64,000 bases of DNA from a bacterium. Its GTDB lineage: Bacteria; Armatimonadota; Chthonomonadetes; Chthonomonadales; JAMCWF01. Where the stretch lies: contig JAKBZR010000005.1 of NCBI GenBank assembly GCA_021842405.1, positions 2,354-66,353 of the forward strand, read 5' to 3'. A program made the position numbers and the translations under genes. Shown piece after piece: positions 26,695 to 36,045 of the stretch. Positions within the stretch are counted from its first letter, which is position 1. Each line of letters begins with the position of its first letter. The notes under the pieces were generated by a model. The model was given only the letters and a program-made list of their open reading frames with translations. It was not told where the DNA came from and ran no database searches.

Positions 26695-29352
26695 TCAGGG
26701 ATCATTCCTCACCAGTACCCTGACCTGATAGGGCTTCATCGAGAGACTGCTGCCATCACTTAACCGAATCGGCTGATCAGCGAGGCGGTCTTCCCAGCGG
26801 CCATTGAGTTTAGTGGGCAGACGAAGCTCGGTTTTGATCGGGTCGGGGTTGAAGCTGATTAAAACAATGGCCTGCTGCTTTCGATACTGCCGGAGGCAGG
26901 TGAAGATTCCGTTGGTCGCCTTTATCATATCATAATGCGCGGATCCTCGATTTAAGGCCGGGGTGAGATTCCTTAATCCATAGATGCGCGATAGATAGTC
27001 TACGTTATCAACCCCTTTACCGCCGTAAATAGCCGGGTTTTCATCACCTTGATAGAGCATCGGCACGCCGGGAATAGTGGCGCATAATGCCCATAACGCC
27101 CGTAATTTCGGCACGCCGTAAATGGTGGCCGGTCGCCCTTTTTGAAATGTCCAAGAGACGGTATCGTGGTTGCTGACCCACCGCATCTTGATCGCGCCGA
27201 GTGGCAGCGTTAACTGTTGATCGTGAAGAAAGAGGCCAAGAGAGTGCGCCCATTCCGATGGATTGGCGTTTCGATCCTGCAGGTCCATCATGAGGTAGTA
27301 AAGCTGCGCGTCATAGGTCAGGTCAGCGGCGCGGTAGTAGATATTATCACCGCTGTATTCCTCCGGCAGCAAAACGGCTCGGTGATTAACCGACAAAAAT
27401 CCGTCCCGTATCGCACGGTTCATCTCCAGACCGCCGCCTAATGTCGGAAAGCTGGGCCTATACTTGACATCCGGATTCCAATTAGGGGGGCTGCCGTTTC
27501 CACAATCCACCCTGGCCCCCACCGCACCATATTGTTTGGCATCCCAGGAGGCTACTCGCCGCATATAATTTTGCCAGCCAGGCTGCGCATAATCAAAACT
27601 GACCTGACCCCATTCATAGTGAAATGATCCATCTTGATTGCGGCATATCCACTGAGGGTGGTCTTTCGCCAGTGGGGTGAAATCGGGAGGGCCGTGCGGA
27701 ACCATGTCGAAAATGAGCCGAATTCCGTCCTTTTTTGCATCGCTTGAAAGTTTTTGCAACTGTTTGGAGGTGCCGTACAATTTACTAACCTTAAATTGAT
27801 CAAAAGGCGCGTAGAGGTTCCAGCGAGGATCCGATCCGTGATCCCAGATCGGCAGCATCCAAAACAGGCTGATCCCCATCTTTTTCAGCGTGGGCAGGTA
27901 TTTATCCAGCGCCTTAAAGCCGCCGTAGCCTATAAAGTGCATCTCGGGAGTTCCACCCGGATGGCCGCAATAGAGGATTTTCCGGCCCAGATGTTTATAC
28001 TGCCTGTTTGGTGGATGAAGTCCGATCCGCCGGTAAACCATCTGGACGTCTTCCAGTGCTGCATCGCGACTATTATGTGAAAGCCAGATATATTCCCGGC
28101 TGAGCGCCACTGTATTTCCCGGTTTCAAGGGATCAATAATGCCCTGATAAAAATTGATCCGCGCACCGTCGCCATCCCTTTGGACTGAGGCGGATGCCGA
28201 TTCCTGCTCGCTATCATACCAGGCGCCCAATCCAATCTTTGTATTACGATCCCAGAACACTACGAGTGGATTTTGATCTCGGGCGCTCAAGACGGCGCCG
28301 TTTTTCAACTGACTTAGCGGGTTATCGCCGACCGGAAGCGTACCGGGAAAGATGATCTGTTGGTCGGAGCCGATTTGAAATGGGGAAGTTTGGCAGTTTA
28401 TTCCATTCATGATCTGCACGTTGCCCGCTGTGTTTTGAACGAACAACTGCCTCCAAAACAGGGGTCGGTTTTTGCTCAACGTATATCGGTAGGTGCAGCG
28501 GTAAGTGCCGTAATGCGCGCTCAAATCGAGGGCGGCTCGATCGTTACTTTGATGAATGGAGTAGCTGGATAGGGTGGGTCCTTGCAGGAGGGGTTCTTTC
28601 AGCGCGGAGACGAGCGCCACGACTTCAGGACCCTCCGTAATCCCTCCATCGAAGGCGGCGTTGATGACTTTAATCAAGAGCCGATTGGGCCGATCGGTAT
28701 GGATAATTCGGGCTGGGATGTGATAGAGCCGCGGCGTTTCCCAGTTAAAGGGGGTGCCGAGACCGGTCTCGCCCACTTCAACTCCGTTCACGTAGGTGAC
28801 ATCGAAATCATCAACCGCTCCAACGATCAGCAACAGGTTTTTACCCTGCCAATCGCTCGGTATCTGGAACTCGGTTCGATACCAGAAGACGCCGATTCGA
28901 TTGTGCAGCCGGTTGTCGCCCGATCCAAGACGGCTCGGTATGGGGGTGGACCGCCAGCTCAGCCCCTGATAATCACCGCCAGGCGGATTGTTGAGAACCG
29001 CAGCGCCGGTTGGATTTGGCGCAAATTGCCAGGTTGCCGGCAAAGCGATAGCGTGATGGCTGGCGATTGCCTGGTCAATCAGTGCTTTGTTGAGCTGCGG
29101 CGGCCACAATCCGGGCGCCATCAGCCTTTCTTTGCCCGCTCGGATTAAATTGTTCCCGGTTCGGCGGTCAATCAGTGAAATCCAGGCGCCGGTCTTGCGG
29201 TCGAAACCCAGCTTGATGTAACGATTCTGAATTGTGATGGGGTTTACCTCGCTTGCGCTCTGGACGTCGGCGGCGGATATCGTGCCAAGGGTCAGTAACA
29301 ACATACCCACTCCCAGCGCAATCATCGGCGATCGGGATGTGACTATTTCCAT
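26695..29352 (-). CDS. Secreted alpha-amylase-family (GH13) enzyme with N-terminal galactose-binding-like domain
   Basis: The four GH13-like regions are readable: FDMVPHG, GARVDCGNG, LLPEEYSG, WVSNHDT. The N-terminal part has a GH2-sugar-binding-like segment (VDDFDVTYVNG). Confidence 0.7.
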   Translation of the reverse strand: MEIVTSRSPMIALGVGMLLLTLGTISAADVQSASEVNPITIQNRYIKLGFDRKTGAWISLIDRRTGNNLIRAGKERLMAPGLWPPQLNKALIDQAIASHHAIALPATWQFAPNPTGAAVLNNPPGGDYQGLSWRSTPIPSRLGSGDNRLHNRIGVFWYRTEFQIPSDWQGKNLLLIVGAVDDFDVTYVNGVEVGETGLGTPFNWETPRLYHIPARIIHTDRPNRLLIKVINAAFDGGITEGPEVVALVSALKEPLLQGPTLSSYSIHQSNDRAALDLSAHYGTYRCTYRYTLSKNRPLFWRQLFVQNTAGNVQIMNGINCQTSPFQIGSDQQIIFPGTLPVGDNPLSQLKNGAVLSARDQNPLVVFWDRNTKIGLGAWYDSEQESASASVQRDGDGARINFYQGIIDPLKPGNTVALSREYIWLSHNSRDAALEDVQMVYRRIGLHPPNRQYKHLGRKILYCGHPGGTPEMHFIGYGGFKALDKYLPTLKKMGISLFWMLPIWDHGSDPRWNLYAPFDQFKVSKLYGTSKQLQKLSSDAKKDGIRLIFDMVPHGPPDFTPLAKDHPQWICRNQDGSFHYEWGQVSFDYAQPGWQNYMRRVASWDAKQYGAVGARVDCGNGSPPNWNPDVKYRPSFPTLGGGLEMNRAIRDGFLSVNHRAVLLPEEYSGDNIYYRAADLTYDAQLYYLMMDLQDRNANPSEWAHSLGLFLHDQQLTLPLGAIKMRWVSNHDTVSWTFQKGRPATIYGVPKLRALWALCATIPGVPMLYQGDENPAIYGGKGVDNVDYLSRIYGLRNLTPALNRGSAHYDMIKATNGIFTCLRQYRKQQAIVLISFNPDPIKTELRLPTKLNGRWEDRLADQPIRLSDGSSLSMKPYQVRVLVRNDP

Positions 29353-30755
29353 AGTTCGATCGCATCCTCACGCATTTTGGCGGCGGTAAGCGTCTCGATG
29401 AGAAGTCGGCGGGCATGATCCAACACTTCAGGATGTTGTTCGGCCAGGTTTTGTTGCTGGCTGGGATCGGCTGTAAGGTCAAACAGTAGGTCGTTGGAAT
29501 GAACGGTATCACCAAGCCGCTTTTCGGAGCCGTCCACCGCTGCGTCGCTTTCACGAACCTGCCCTGGAAGACGGCCGCTCAAAACGGCTGACCAGCGGTC
29601 AAACGTTACGGTCGCTTGTGCGGATGCGGCGCCGCCTTCCAGCGCATACGGAGATGCGACCGCATAATCGCGGGCGTCGTCGCTTCCCTCTATAACGGGG
29701 CGGAATGAGATGCCATCCACCGGATCCGAAGGTTGCATGCCGGCAAAATCCAGCAAGGTTGGAAGGATATCGGGCGGTTGCACGATGGCGGAGGTTCGCC
29801 GGGGCTTGACATCCGGATAGTGCGCGATCCAGGGGATATGATTGATCTCCTCATAAAGGGGAATGTATCGGAAGCCCGATGGCTGAATCAACGACTTTCC
29901 AATGATGCCATGTTCGCCATGCAAAAAACCATGATCGCTCGTTAAGAGTACCAGCGTGTTTTCCAGCAGCCCCATATCTTCAATCTTTTCGAGCAGGCGC
30001 CCCACCCAGCGGTCCACCAGCGTCACTTCAGCGGTGTAGAGGGCGCGGCAGTGTTTCAGCTCCTCCGGCGTGAGGAATTCATCCACATACTCGTACCGCG
30101 GGTAGTCCACCACATCGCCATGGTAATTCGGATCGTATTTGTCAACCAGCCATTGCGGTGGATCCCAGGGCTCGTGCGGATCAAACGCATCCACATACAG
30201 GAAAAACCGATCCAGTTCGCGGTTGTCTTCCAGCCAGCGGCAGGCAGTGGCCATGGTTCGCGCGACAAAGCGGTCATCCTCATACCGCCATTGAGCGGAT
30301 AGGCGGTGGTGGGAGGCGGTCAGCGAATGGGGTTGGCGCAGCTTAACCGGGTCGCAAGGATAAGAGGGAGATGTTGGCGAAAGCTTCCAGCGATCCGATT
30401 CCTGGCCGCGAATCCACTCAAAGGCACTAAATCCGCGATCAAAATGATAACCGTTTTCCAGGATGTGAGGATTGTCGGCGATCATCATACTGGTATAGCC
30501 CGCCTTCCGGAGCATATCGGATAGAACCGGCTCCTTTTGAGTCAGCGGCGCCCAAGGGGTATAGGTAAAAGTGTAACGGCCGGTCATCACATCGCGGCGG
30601 TGAGGCACGGTGGGAAAGCTGGCCGAGTAAGCCCGATCGAAGACAAGCGAGCGGTTTGCAAAAGCATCAATATGGCGCGTATCCGCCTCATGTCCGCCGT
30701 AACAGCCCAAAAAATCGCGACGCAAGGTATCGCTGACGATCACGATAAAGTTCAT
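29343..30755 (-). CDS. Sulfatase-family (alkaline phosphatase superfamily) hydrolase with Thr at the nucleophile position
   Basis: N-terminal IVIVSDTLRRD metal-site motif. The active-site block reads T-V-P-H-R-R-D-V-M-T-G-R (30597-30611 encodes TVPHR) where sulfatases have C/S-x-P-x-R. Confidence 0.75.
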   Translation of the reverse strand: MNFIVIVSDTLRRDFLGCYGGHEADTRHIDAFANRSLVFDRAYSASFPTVPHRRDVMTGRYTFTYTPWAPLTQKEPVLSDMLRKAGYTSMMIADNPHILENGYHFDRGFSAFEWIRGQESDRWKLSPTSPSYPCDPVKLRQPHSLTASHHRLSAQWRYEDDRFVARTMATACRWLEDNRELDRFFLYVDAFDPHEPWDPPQWLVDKYDPNYHGDVVDYPRYEYVDEFLTPEELKHCRALYTAEVTLVDRWVGRLLEKIEDMGLLENTLVLLTSDHGFLHGEHGIIGKSLIQPSGFRYIPLYEEINHIPWIAHYPDVKPRRTSAIVQPPDILPTLLDFAGMQPSDPVDGISFRPVIEGSDDARDYAVASPYALEGGAASAQATVTFDRWSAVLSGRLPGQVRESDAAVDGSEKRLGDTVHSNDLLFDLTADPSQQQNLAEQHPEVLDHARRLLIETLTAAKMREDAIELWK

Positions 30756-31089
30756 TGAATGCTCCCAAATTCGTAAGGATGAACTTGATTGTAAAAACGA
30801 TTCATTCCATCAAATGATGGGGTAGGGCTCGTATTCCAGTCGTTTATCTCGAAAAATTCCTCATCGGAAAGACGACCGCTGCTGCCCGATTCATTATTTT
30901 TCCACTCATTGATCTTCTTAAAATTCGATGTCCGGCCTGATTTTCCTGCTGATTTTTTAATTAAGCTGTTCGGTTGAAACAATCGGGCGTTAAGTTTCCG
31001 TAAACAAAAATTGTTGTGTCTAAAATTGCATCGGTTGAGGCCGGTCCGTCGGGCTGGATATTCAGCCGGCAAAAGAGCATAAGGAGGAG

Positions 31090-31650
31090 TTGATTATGGA
31101 TTTAGCCCTATTCCACGTCATTAACGGTCTGGCGGGCAAAAATCATATTACCGATGAGCTGATGGCCTTTTGTGCCGTTTATATGCCGTGGGTTTTCATC
31201 GCACTGTTGGTGGGGTTATGGTTTACTCGTAAACCGATATCGCAGGGCACCGTTCTTATCACCGCCGCCGCAACCTCAATCGCCCTCGCCATCGGCCAAG
31301 CCATCGGCTGGACTATGCAACGACCGAGACCCTATGTCCACCATGCCGCTATCCTGCTGGTCGGCCGAACGAGCGACTTTTCTTTTCCCAGTGACCACGC
31401 GACTTTCGCCTTCTCGATCGTCTGGCCGGTACTGGCTCAGCACCGTAAAATGGGTTTTCTGATGCTGGCGATGGCGATCTGGCTCTGTTTTGCAAGGGTT
31501 TTTGTCGGCGCCCACTACCCGGGCGACGTTTTGGGAGGCGCCGTTTTGGGCAGCGTGGTCAGCTTGAGCGTATTGCGTTTTTTACGGGACCGGCGGGAGG
31601 TCGTATTAACTCCGGTTATCGGTTTCTTTCACAATCTGCACCTTGGTTAG
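31090..31650 (+). CDS. PAP2-family phosphatase (BcrC-like undecaprenyl-diphosphatase candidate)
   Basis: PAP2 motifs QRPRPY, FPSDH and RVFVGAHYPGDVLGG are present, and the protein is a multi-pass membrane protein. Confidence 0.7.
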   Translation: MIMDLALFHVINGLAGKNHITDELMAFCAVYMPWVFIALLVGLWFTRKPISQGTVLITAAATSIALAIGQAIGWTMQRPRPYVHHAAILLVGRTSDFSFPSDHATFAFSIVWPVLAQHRKMGFLMLAMAIWLCFARVFVGAHYPGDVLGGAVLGSVVSLSVLRFLRDRREVVLTPVIGFFHNLHLG

Positions 31651-31821
31651 ATCGAGGCGATCGGCCGAGCGGGTTCGGCCAGTCGGAATCACTCAGCATT
31701 CGATTCTTTCGATTCATTGACGCCCCAAGCATCCTCACTTTGGCTAACGAGGGTACAATCATTTCCATCAGCGGACGGGGGGGTAGCCGGCATCGGTAAC
31801 CACTCAATCTGGCCTGCAAAG

Positions 31822-32026
31822 GAATGAGTTCAGTTCTGTGGGAAACATTTACGACCATATTGGATGCACCCCCACCCTAACCCTCCCCCGTAAACGGGGG
31901 AGGGGATTAAGAGGGACTGGGGGGCAAGATAAAAGCGCCGCCGCTAAATTCCCTCTCCCTCCCCGCTTGCGGGGAGGGCTGGGGTGGGGTCGAACGAAAA
32001 TCATTCCCGCAAAACTGAACTGTTAC
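31822..32026. mobile_element. MITE-like element, 205-bp type (copy 1 of 3 near-identical)
   Basis: Termini are inverted repeats about 30 bp long (gaatgagttcagttctgtgggaaacattt ... aaaatcattcccgcaaaactgaactgttac). The interior is shared almost base for base with 42030-42234 and 53043-53248. Confidence 0.7.
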
Positions 32027-32082
32027 CTGCAAAGCAGTATGACTAGTCCGCAGTATCATTCCATTTGCAAGGAGCGAAATGA

Positions 32083-33084
32083 ATGCCGAGCTACGGGGTT
32101 GTGCCCATCAACTACCTACAAGCGGTTTTACTGGGATTGCTGCAAGGGCTGACCGAGTTCCTTCCGATCAGCAGTACGGCGCATATGGCGGTTATTCCTC
32201 AAATATTGTTCCGAATGCGCGATCCGGGCGCCGCGTTTTCAGCCGTGGTGCAGTTGGGACCCATCGTCGCGATCATAGCCTATTTTTGGCAGGATATAAA
32301 AAATTACCTCCGCGGGATTTGGGAAACCAAGACGCCGATGAGGGGATTAAAGGGCAGCCTGGATGCAAAATTGGGCTGGTTTACGATTTTAGGAACGATT
32401 CCCCTCATCATATTCGGAGTCGCGCTGGAACACAAGATAGATACCTCCTTCCGCAGCCTGAACTACATTGGGGCAAGCTTGATCCTGCTCGGCCTCATCC
32501 TCTGGTGGTCCGAAATGGTGGGTAAACGGATCTTTCCACTGGATAAAATCACTTTCAAGCAAAGTCAGGTTATCGGTTGGGCGCAGGTGCTCTGCCTGGT
32601 GCCGGGGGCTTCACGCTCAGGCGTGACCATTACGGCCGGTCTTTTCGAAGGATTGGATCGCGAAAGCGCGGCCAAATTCAGTTTTCTCTTGAGCATCCCA
32701 GCCATCACGGCAGCCGGTGTGTACAAATTGCAAGAGGTGCTGCGCAAGTCTCACCTGGGGCCGATGGTGTGGCCCTATCTGTTGGGTTCACTGGTGGCGG
32801 GAATATTCGCCTATATCGTTGTCCGCTGGTTTATGGGCTATATGAAGGAGCATAACACCGGCATTTTTATCGTTTATCGGATTGTGCTGGGGGCACTGGT
32901 GCTCATTCTGCTGCATTCCGGATACGTGAAGGAGCGGGGTCCTAAAGTGGATAACCCAACCCCGGTCGCTTATAAAATTTCGCACCCCGTGCGCTCGTTT
33001 CACTCCCAAAATTTCCTGCTCCCTCATATACCCGGGGGAGCAGAAGCGGCGGCACAATCGGGGGGAGTTTTCCCGAAGGGCTAA
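32083..33084 (+). CDS. uppP: Undecaprenyl-diphosphate phosphatase
   Basis: LLGLLQGLTEFLPISSTAHM at the N-terminus and the PGASRSG motif. It carries an extra tail of about 50 aa relative to typical UppP. Confidence 0.9.
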   Translation: MPSYGVVPINYLQAVLLGLLQGLTEFLPISSTAHMAVIPQILFRMRDPGAAFSAVVQLGPIVAIIAYFWQDIKNYLRGIWETKTPMRGLKGSLDAKLGWFTILGTIPLIIFGVALEHKIDTSFRSLNYIGASLILLGLILWWSEMVGKRIFPLDKITFKQSQVIGWAQVLCLVPGASRSGVTITAGLFEGLDRESAAKFSFLLSIPAITAAGVYKLQEVLRKSHLGPMVWPYLLGSLVAGIFAYIVVRWFMGYMKEHNTGIFIVYRIVLGALVLILLHSGYVKERGPKVDNPTPVAYKISHPVRSFHSQNFLLPHIPGGAEAAAQSGGVFPKG

Positions 33085-33160
33085 TCCCCATTCAATCCAG
33101 CGAGGATGCCAAGATCAGGTTTCCACACTATTTTAGTGGCAGCCGAACTCAACATTGACG

Positions 33161-33365
33161 GAATGAGTTCAGTTCTCTGGGTAATTGAGGCGGGTATTAC
33201 AGGGCGGTGTGTCTTGACCCCCATCCCGCCCAATCCTGAGAGAGGACTGGTGAAGGAGATTGCTTCGCTTCGCTCGCAATGACACCCTCCCCCCTCGTGG
33301 GGGAGGGTTGGGGTGGGGGGCGACTAATGCTGCTAGAAAACATTCCTCGAAAATTGAACTCTTTC
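33161..33365. mobile_element. MITE-like element, variant with different internal modules
   Basis: The left end gaatgagttcagttctctggg is identical to the inverse of the 17405 end. The interior contains cattgcgagcgaagcgaagcaatc (inverted) and ccctcccccctcgtgggggaggg. The right end is cgaaaattgaactctttc. Confidence 0.6.
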
Positions 33366-33405
33366 CATTGACGATAGCGCCCATTCTGACTATAATGACG
33401 CCAAC

Positions 33406-34938
33406 ATGTTCACGAAATCATCATATCGGTTACACCGAAGCCATCGGAAAATGACAGGAATACCACGATTGCCGGTCGCCCTCTTTTCACTCTTCTTATT
33501 GCCGCGCCTCTGCTTTGCAAACCCGATCACGAATGATCTCAGTGACCTATTCAGCGCTCACCCGTTGCCCGGCGCAACCGTCGGTGTGATGGTTCAATCC
33601 CTGCTGGACGGGCAGGTCTATTACCGGAAAAATGCCGATTCCGATCTGATGCCGGCCTCCAATTTGAAGCTGCTGGTCAGCGCGGCGGCGCTTCACTGGC
33701 TCGGCCCCACTTTTCGTTATCAAACGCAACTGCTCTACACCGGCACAATTACTCACAAAGGCGTCCTCGATGGGAATTTAATCCTGAAGGGCGCCGGCGA
33801 CCCCAGTTTAACCACCGCTGATCTCATTCAGATGGCGAACCGCGTAAAGAGAGCCGGCATTCATCAAATCAACGGCCGGATTGTATTGGATAATCACATC
33901 TTTGACGATCGGCGTATCGGATATGGGTGGGAATGCGATGACCTGCCTTACTATTATGCGGCGGGTAACGGCGGGCTGAACGTCAACCACAACCTGATGA
34001 GGGTGCAGGTATTGCCCGGTCGTCGGGCCGGCGAGCCGGTTCACGTCTTCACAAAGCCGCTGCGCACCTATTTTGCGGTGGAGAATCATGCCGTTACTGC
34101 TCAGGCGGGCGACCCCTCTCACCTAGTGGTCACTCGTAAGATGGGACGCGATGTGCTCGTTGTATCGGGCCGATTAGCCATGAATTTAAGCCCTGACCAG
34201 TACCGACCGACTGTCATCACCGTGAACAATCCAGCGCGCTACGTCGGTCTATTGTTTTGCCACATCCTTACGCACGATGACATGAGTGGGCTGACAAACC
34301 GATCTCGGAGCAAGCCCGCCTATGTGATCGGTACTACTCCGGCAAGCGCCCATCTGCTGGCGACCCACTATTCGGTTGCGCTTTCGAGATTGCTGCAGTT
34401 GATGAATCGTCCCAGTGATAATTTCATTGCGGAATGCCTCTTGAAAACGGTGGGCGCGGTCGTCAGTCATAAAGGCTCTGACGCAAGCGGAATTGCGGAC
34501 GAGATGAGATGGTTCAGCACATTGGAGCTGCCAGTTGATCAAATCAATGTGGTGGACGGATCGGGCTTATCCCGCCACGACCTGGTAACGCCCCATTTTT
34601 TCTGTGATCTGCTGAGCGATATGCGCCTTTCATCCAACGTATTTACGTACGTGGAATCGCTGCCGGTTGCCGGCCGATCGGGAACGTTAAAGTACCGAAT
34701 GCATGGAACCCTCGCTGCCGGAAACTGCACCGCCAAGACCGGTTCGCTCGATCACGTCAGCACGCTGTCCGGTTATGTGACCACCAAGGATGGAGAACCG
34801 CTCTGCTTCAGTATTCTGCTCAATAATTTTCTGACCAGTGATGGGCAGGCTGAGCAGTTAGAGGATCGGTTGGTGGAAAAGTTGGCCGATATTGATCGCT
34901 TCGTTTCCAGCGATTCCGGCAAAGCCGGTTCCAAATAA
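33406..34938 (+). CDS. dacB: D-alanyl-D-alanine carboxypeptidase/endopeptidase (PBP4, peptidase S13)
   Basis: SxxK (ASNLK), SxN (PSDNF) and KTG (AKTGSL) motifs are correctly spaced. A signal peptide is present. The start could be 33451. Confidence 0.8.
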   Translation: MFTKSSYRLHRSHRKMTGIPRLPVALFSLFLLPRLCFANPITNDLSDLFSAHPLPGATVGVMVQSLLDGQVYYRKNADSDLMPASNLKLLVSAAALHWLGPTFRYQTQLLYTGTITHKGVLDGNLILKGAGDPSLTTADLIQMANRVKRAGIHQINGRIVLDNHIFDDRRIGYGWECDDLPYYYAAGNGGLNVNHNLMRVQVLPGRRAGEPVHVFTKPLRTYFAVENHAVTAQAGDPSHLVVTRKMGRDVLVVSGRLAMNLSPDQYRPTVITVNNPARYVGLLFCHILTHDDMSGLTNRSRSKPAYVIGTTPASAHLLATHYSVALSRLLQLMNRPSDNFIAECLLKTVGAVVSHKGSDASGIADEMRWFSTLELPVDQINVVDGSGLSRHDLVTPHFFCDLLSDMRLSSNVFTYVESLPVAGRSGTLKYRMHGTLAAGNCTAKTGSLDHVSTLSGYVTTKDGEPLCFSILLNNFLTSDGQAEQLEDRLVEKLADIDRFVSSDSGKAGSK

Positions 34939-35002
34939 CGGCTGCAATCCGCTTATTGACCGGTTGTGAACGTATTTCAAAGTTAATCATAAGGAGAACG
35001 AT

Positions 35003-36010
35003 ATGAAGCCTCGCGCTGACGCCAAATATGTAATTGGAGTGGATCTGGGCGGCACGAACGTCCGGGCCGGTGTGGTGGATCGCAACGAAAAGATCATCGG
35101 CCAGGATAAGCAGCCATCCGATGCGAAGGCAGGAACCGACGTAGTGGTGGATCGCATCGCCGATACCATACAGAAGGCGATCGACAAGGCGAATCAACAT
35201 CCGGAGGACATCGCTGCGATCGGAATGGCGGTTCCGGGCCAACATGACGTTGCAAACGGAGTGGTGCGGTGGGCTCCCAACTTCGGCGCGATGGTGGATG
35301 ATAAATTTCAGATGTGGCACAACGTTCCACTTAGGAAGCGGTTGGAAGATCGCCTTTCGATTGCGGTCGTTTTTGACAACGATGCCAATGTCGCCGCGTT
35401 GGGCGAGTTTCGCTACGGGGCCGGTCGTAAGGTTCAAACGATGGTCATGTTTACGCTGGGGACCGGTATCGGTGGCGGAATCATTATCAATGGCAAGGTG
35501 GTGCAGGGAACAACGGGCGGGGGCGGCGAAATCGGACACATGGTTATCATGCCGGGCGGACGGCGTTGCGGTTGTGGGACCTATGGGTGTTTGGAAGCGA
35601 TGACGGCGCGCGATGCGATTAGTGATCGGGCTGCGCGAAAATTGTCGGAAGGCCGCCCCAGCCTGCTCTGGGAATTGGTGAAAGGGGATAAGCTCGCCCT
35701 CACCCCGGCCATCATTGACCAGGCGGCACGAGCGAACGATCCGATTGCTATCGAGACGTTCCAGGAGACGGGCTACTATCTAGGAATCGGTGTGGCGAAC
35801 TTAATTAATTTAATCAACCCGGAGATGGTGGTAATCGGGGGTGGGATTGCGGCTGCGACCGGCTTGTTGGAGGCGACCGAAAGAAGCGCCCGCGCGAACT
35901 CGATTCGCAGCATTGCGGAGGCTTGCACCATTGTCAGAGCGGAGCTTGAGGATGAAGCCGGAATTATGGGAGCCGCCGAGCTGGCATCCCAATACGCGGC
36001 GGCCGGCTAA
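35003..36010 (+). CDS. ROK-family glucokinase
   Basis: aaggag SD. VIGVDLGGTNVRAG, GEIGH and the CGCGTYGCLEA zinc motif are present. Confidence 0.8.
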   Translation: MKPRADAKYVIGVDLGGTNVRAGVVDRNEKIIGQDKQPSDAKAGTDVVVDRIADTIQKAIDKANQHPEDIAAIGMAVPGQHDVANGVVRWAPNFGAMVDDKFQMWHNVPLRKRLEDRLSIAVVFDNDANVAALGEFRYGAGRKVQTMVMFTLGTGIGGGIIINGKVVQGTTGGGGEIGHMVIMPGGRRCGCGTYGCLEAMTARDAISDRAARKLSEGRPSLLWELVKGDKLALTPAIIDQAARANDPIAIETFQETGYYLGIGVANLINLINPEMVVIGGGIAAATGLLEATERSARANSIRSIAEACTIVRAELEDEAGIMGAAELASQYAAAG

Positions 36011-36045
36011 TTCATCGTTAATTCACCGCTTTCAAAGCGGTTGTA

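Noticed and set aside
26692-26697. Convergent peptidase and GH13 genes whose stop codons abut with zero spacing (taa|tca).
   Set aside because: This is unusual-looking but a common consequence of compact genomes. There is no room for a regulatory element and no evidence of a functional link.
30752-31072. 106-aa ORF upstream of the sulfatase-family gene, with an ATGA overlap at 30752-30755.
   Set aside because: The sequence is Lys/Asn-rich and odd in composition, in AT-rich DNA. Its start would lie only 18 nt from the divergent PAP2 start, and it matches no recognisable family. It is more likely the promoter or leader region of the sulfatase/GH13 operon. A much shorter coupled peptide cannot be excluded.
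31838-32152. Track ORFs lying inside repeat elements. Examples are 31838-32152, 42034-42276, 53128-53340, 33169-33384, 33260-33454, 63648-63836, 12948-13145, 6160-6429, 6200-6421 and 46007-46417. Their translations include TLTLPRKRGRGLRG, PPPRLRGGLGWG and HPNPLPRGEREL.
   Set aside because: They are read-throughs of GC-rich palindromic repeats. The same DNA recurs in both orientations at many intergenic sites, and the 'proteins' are low-complexity with no start context.
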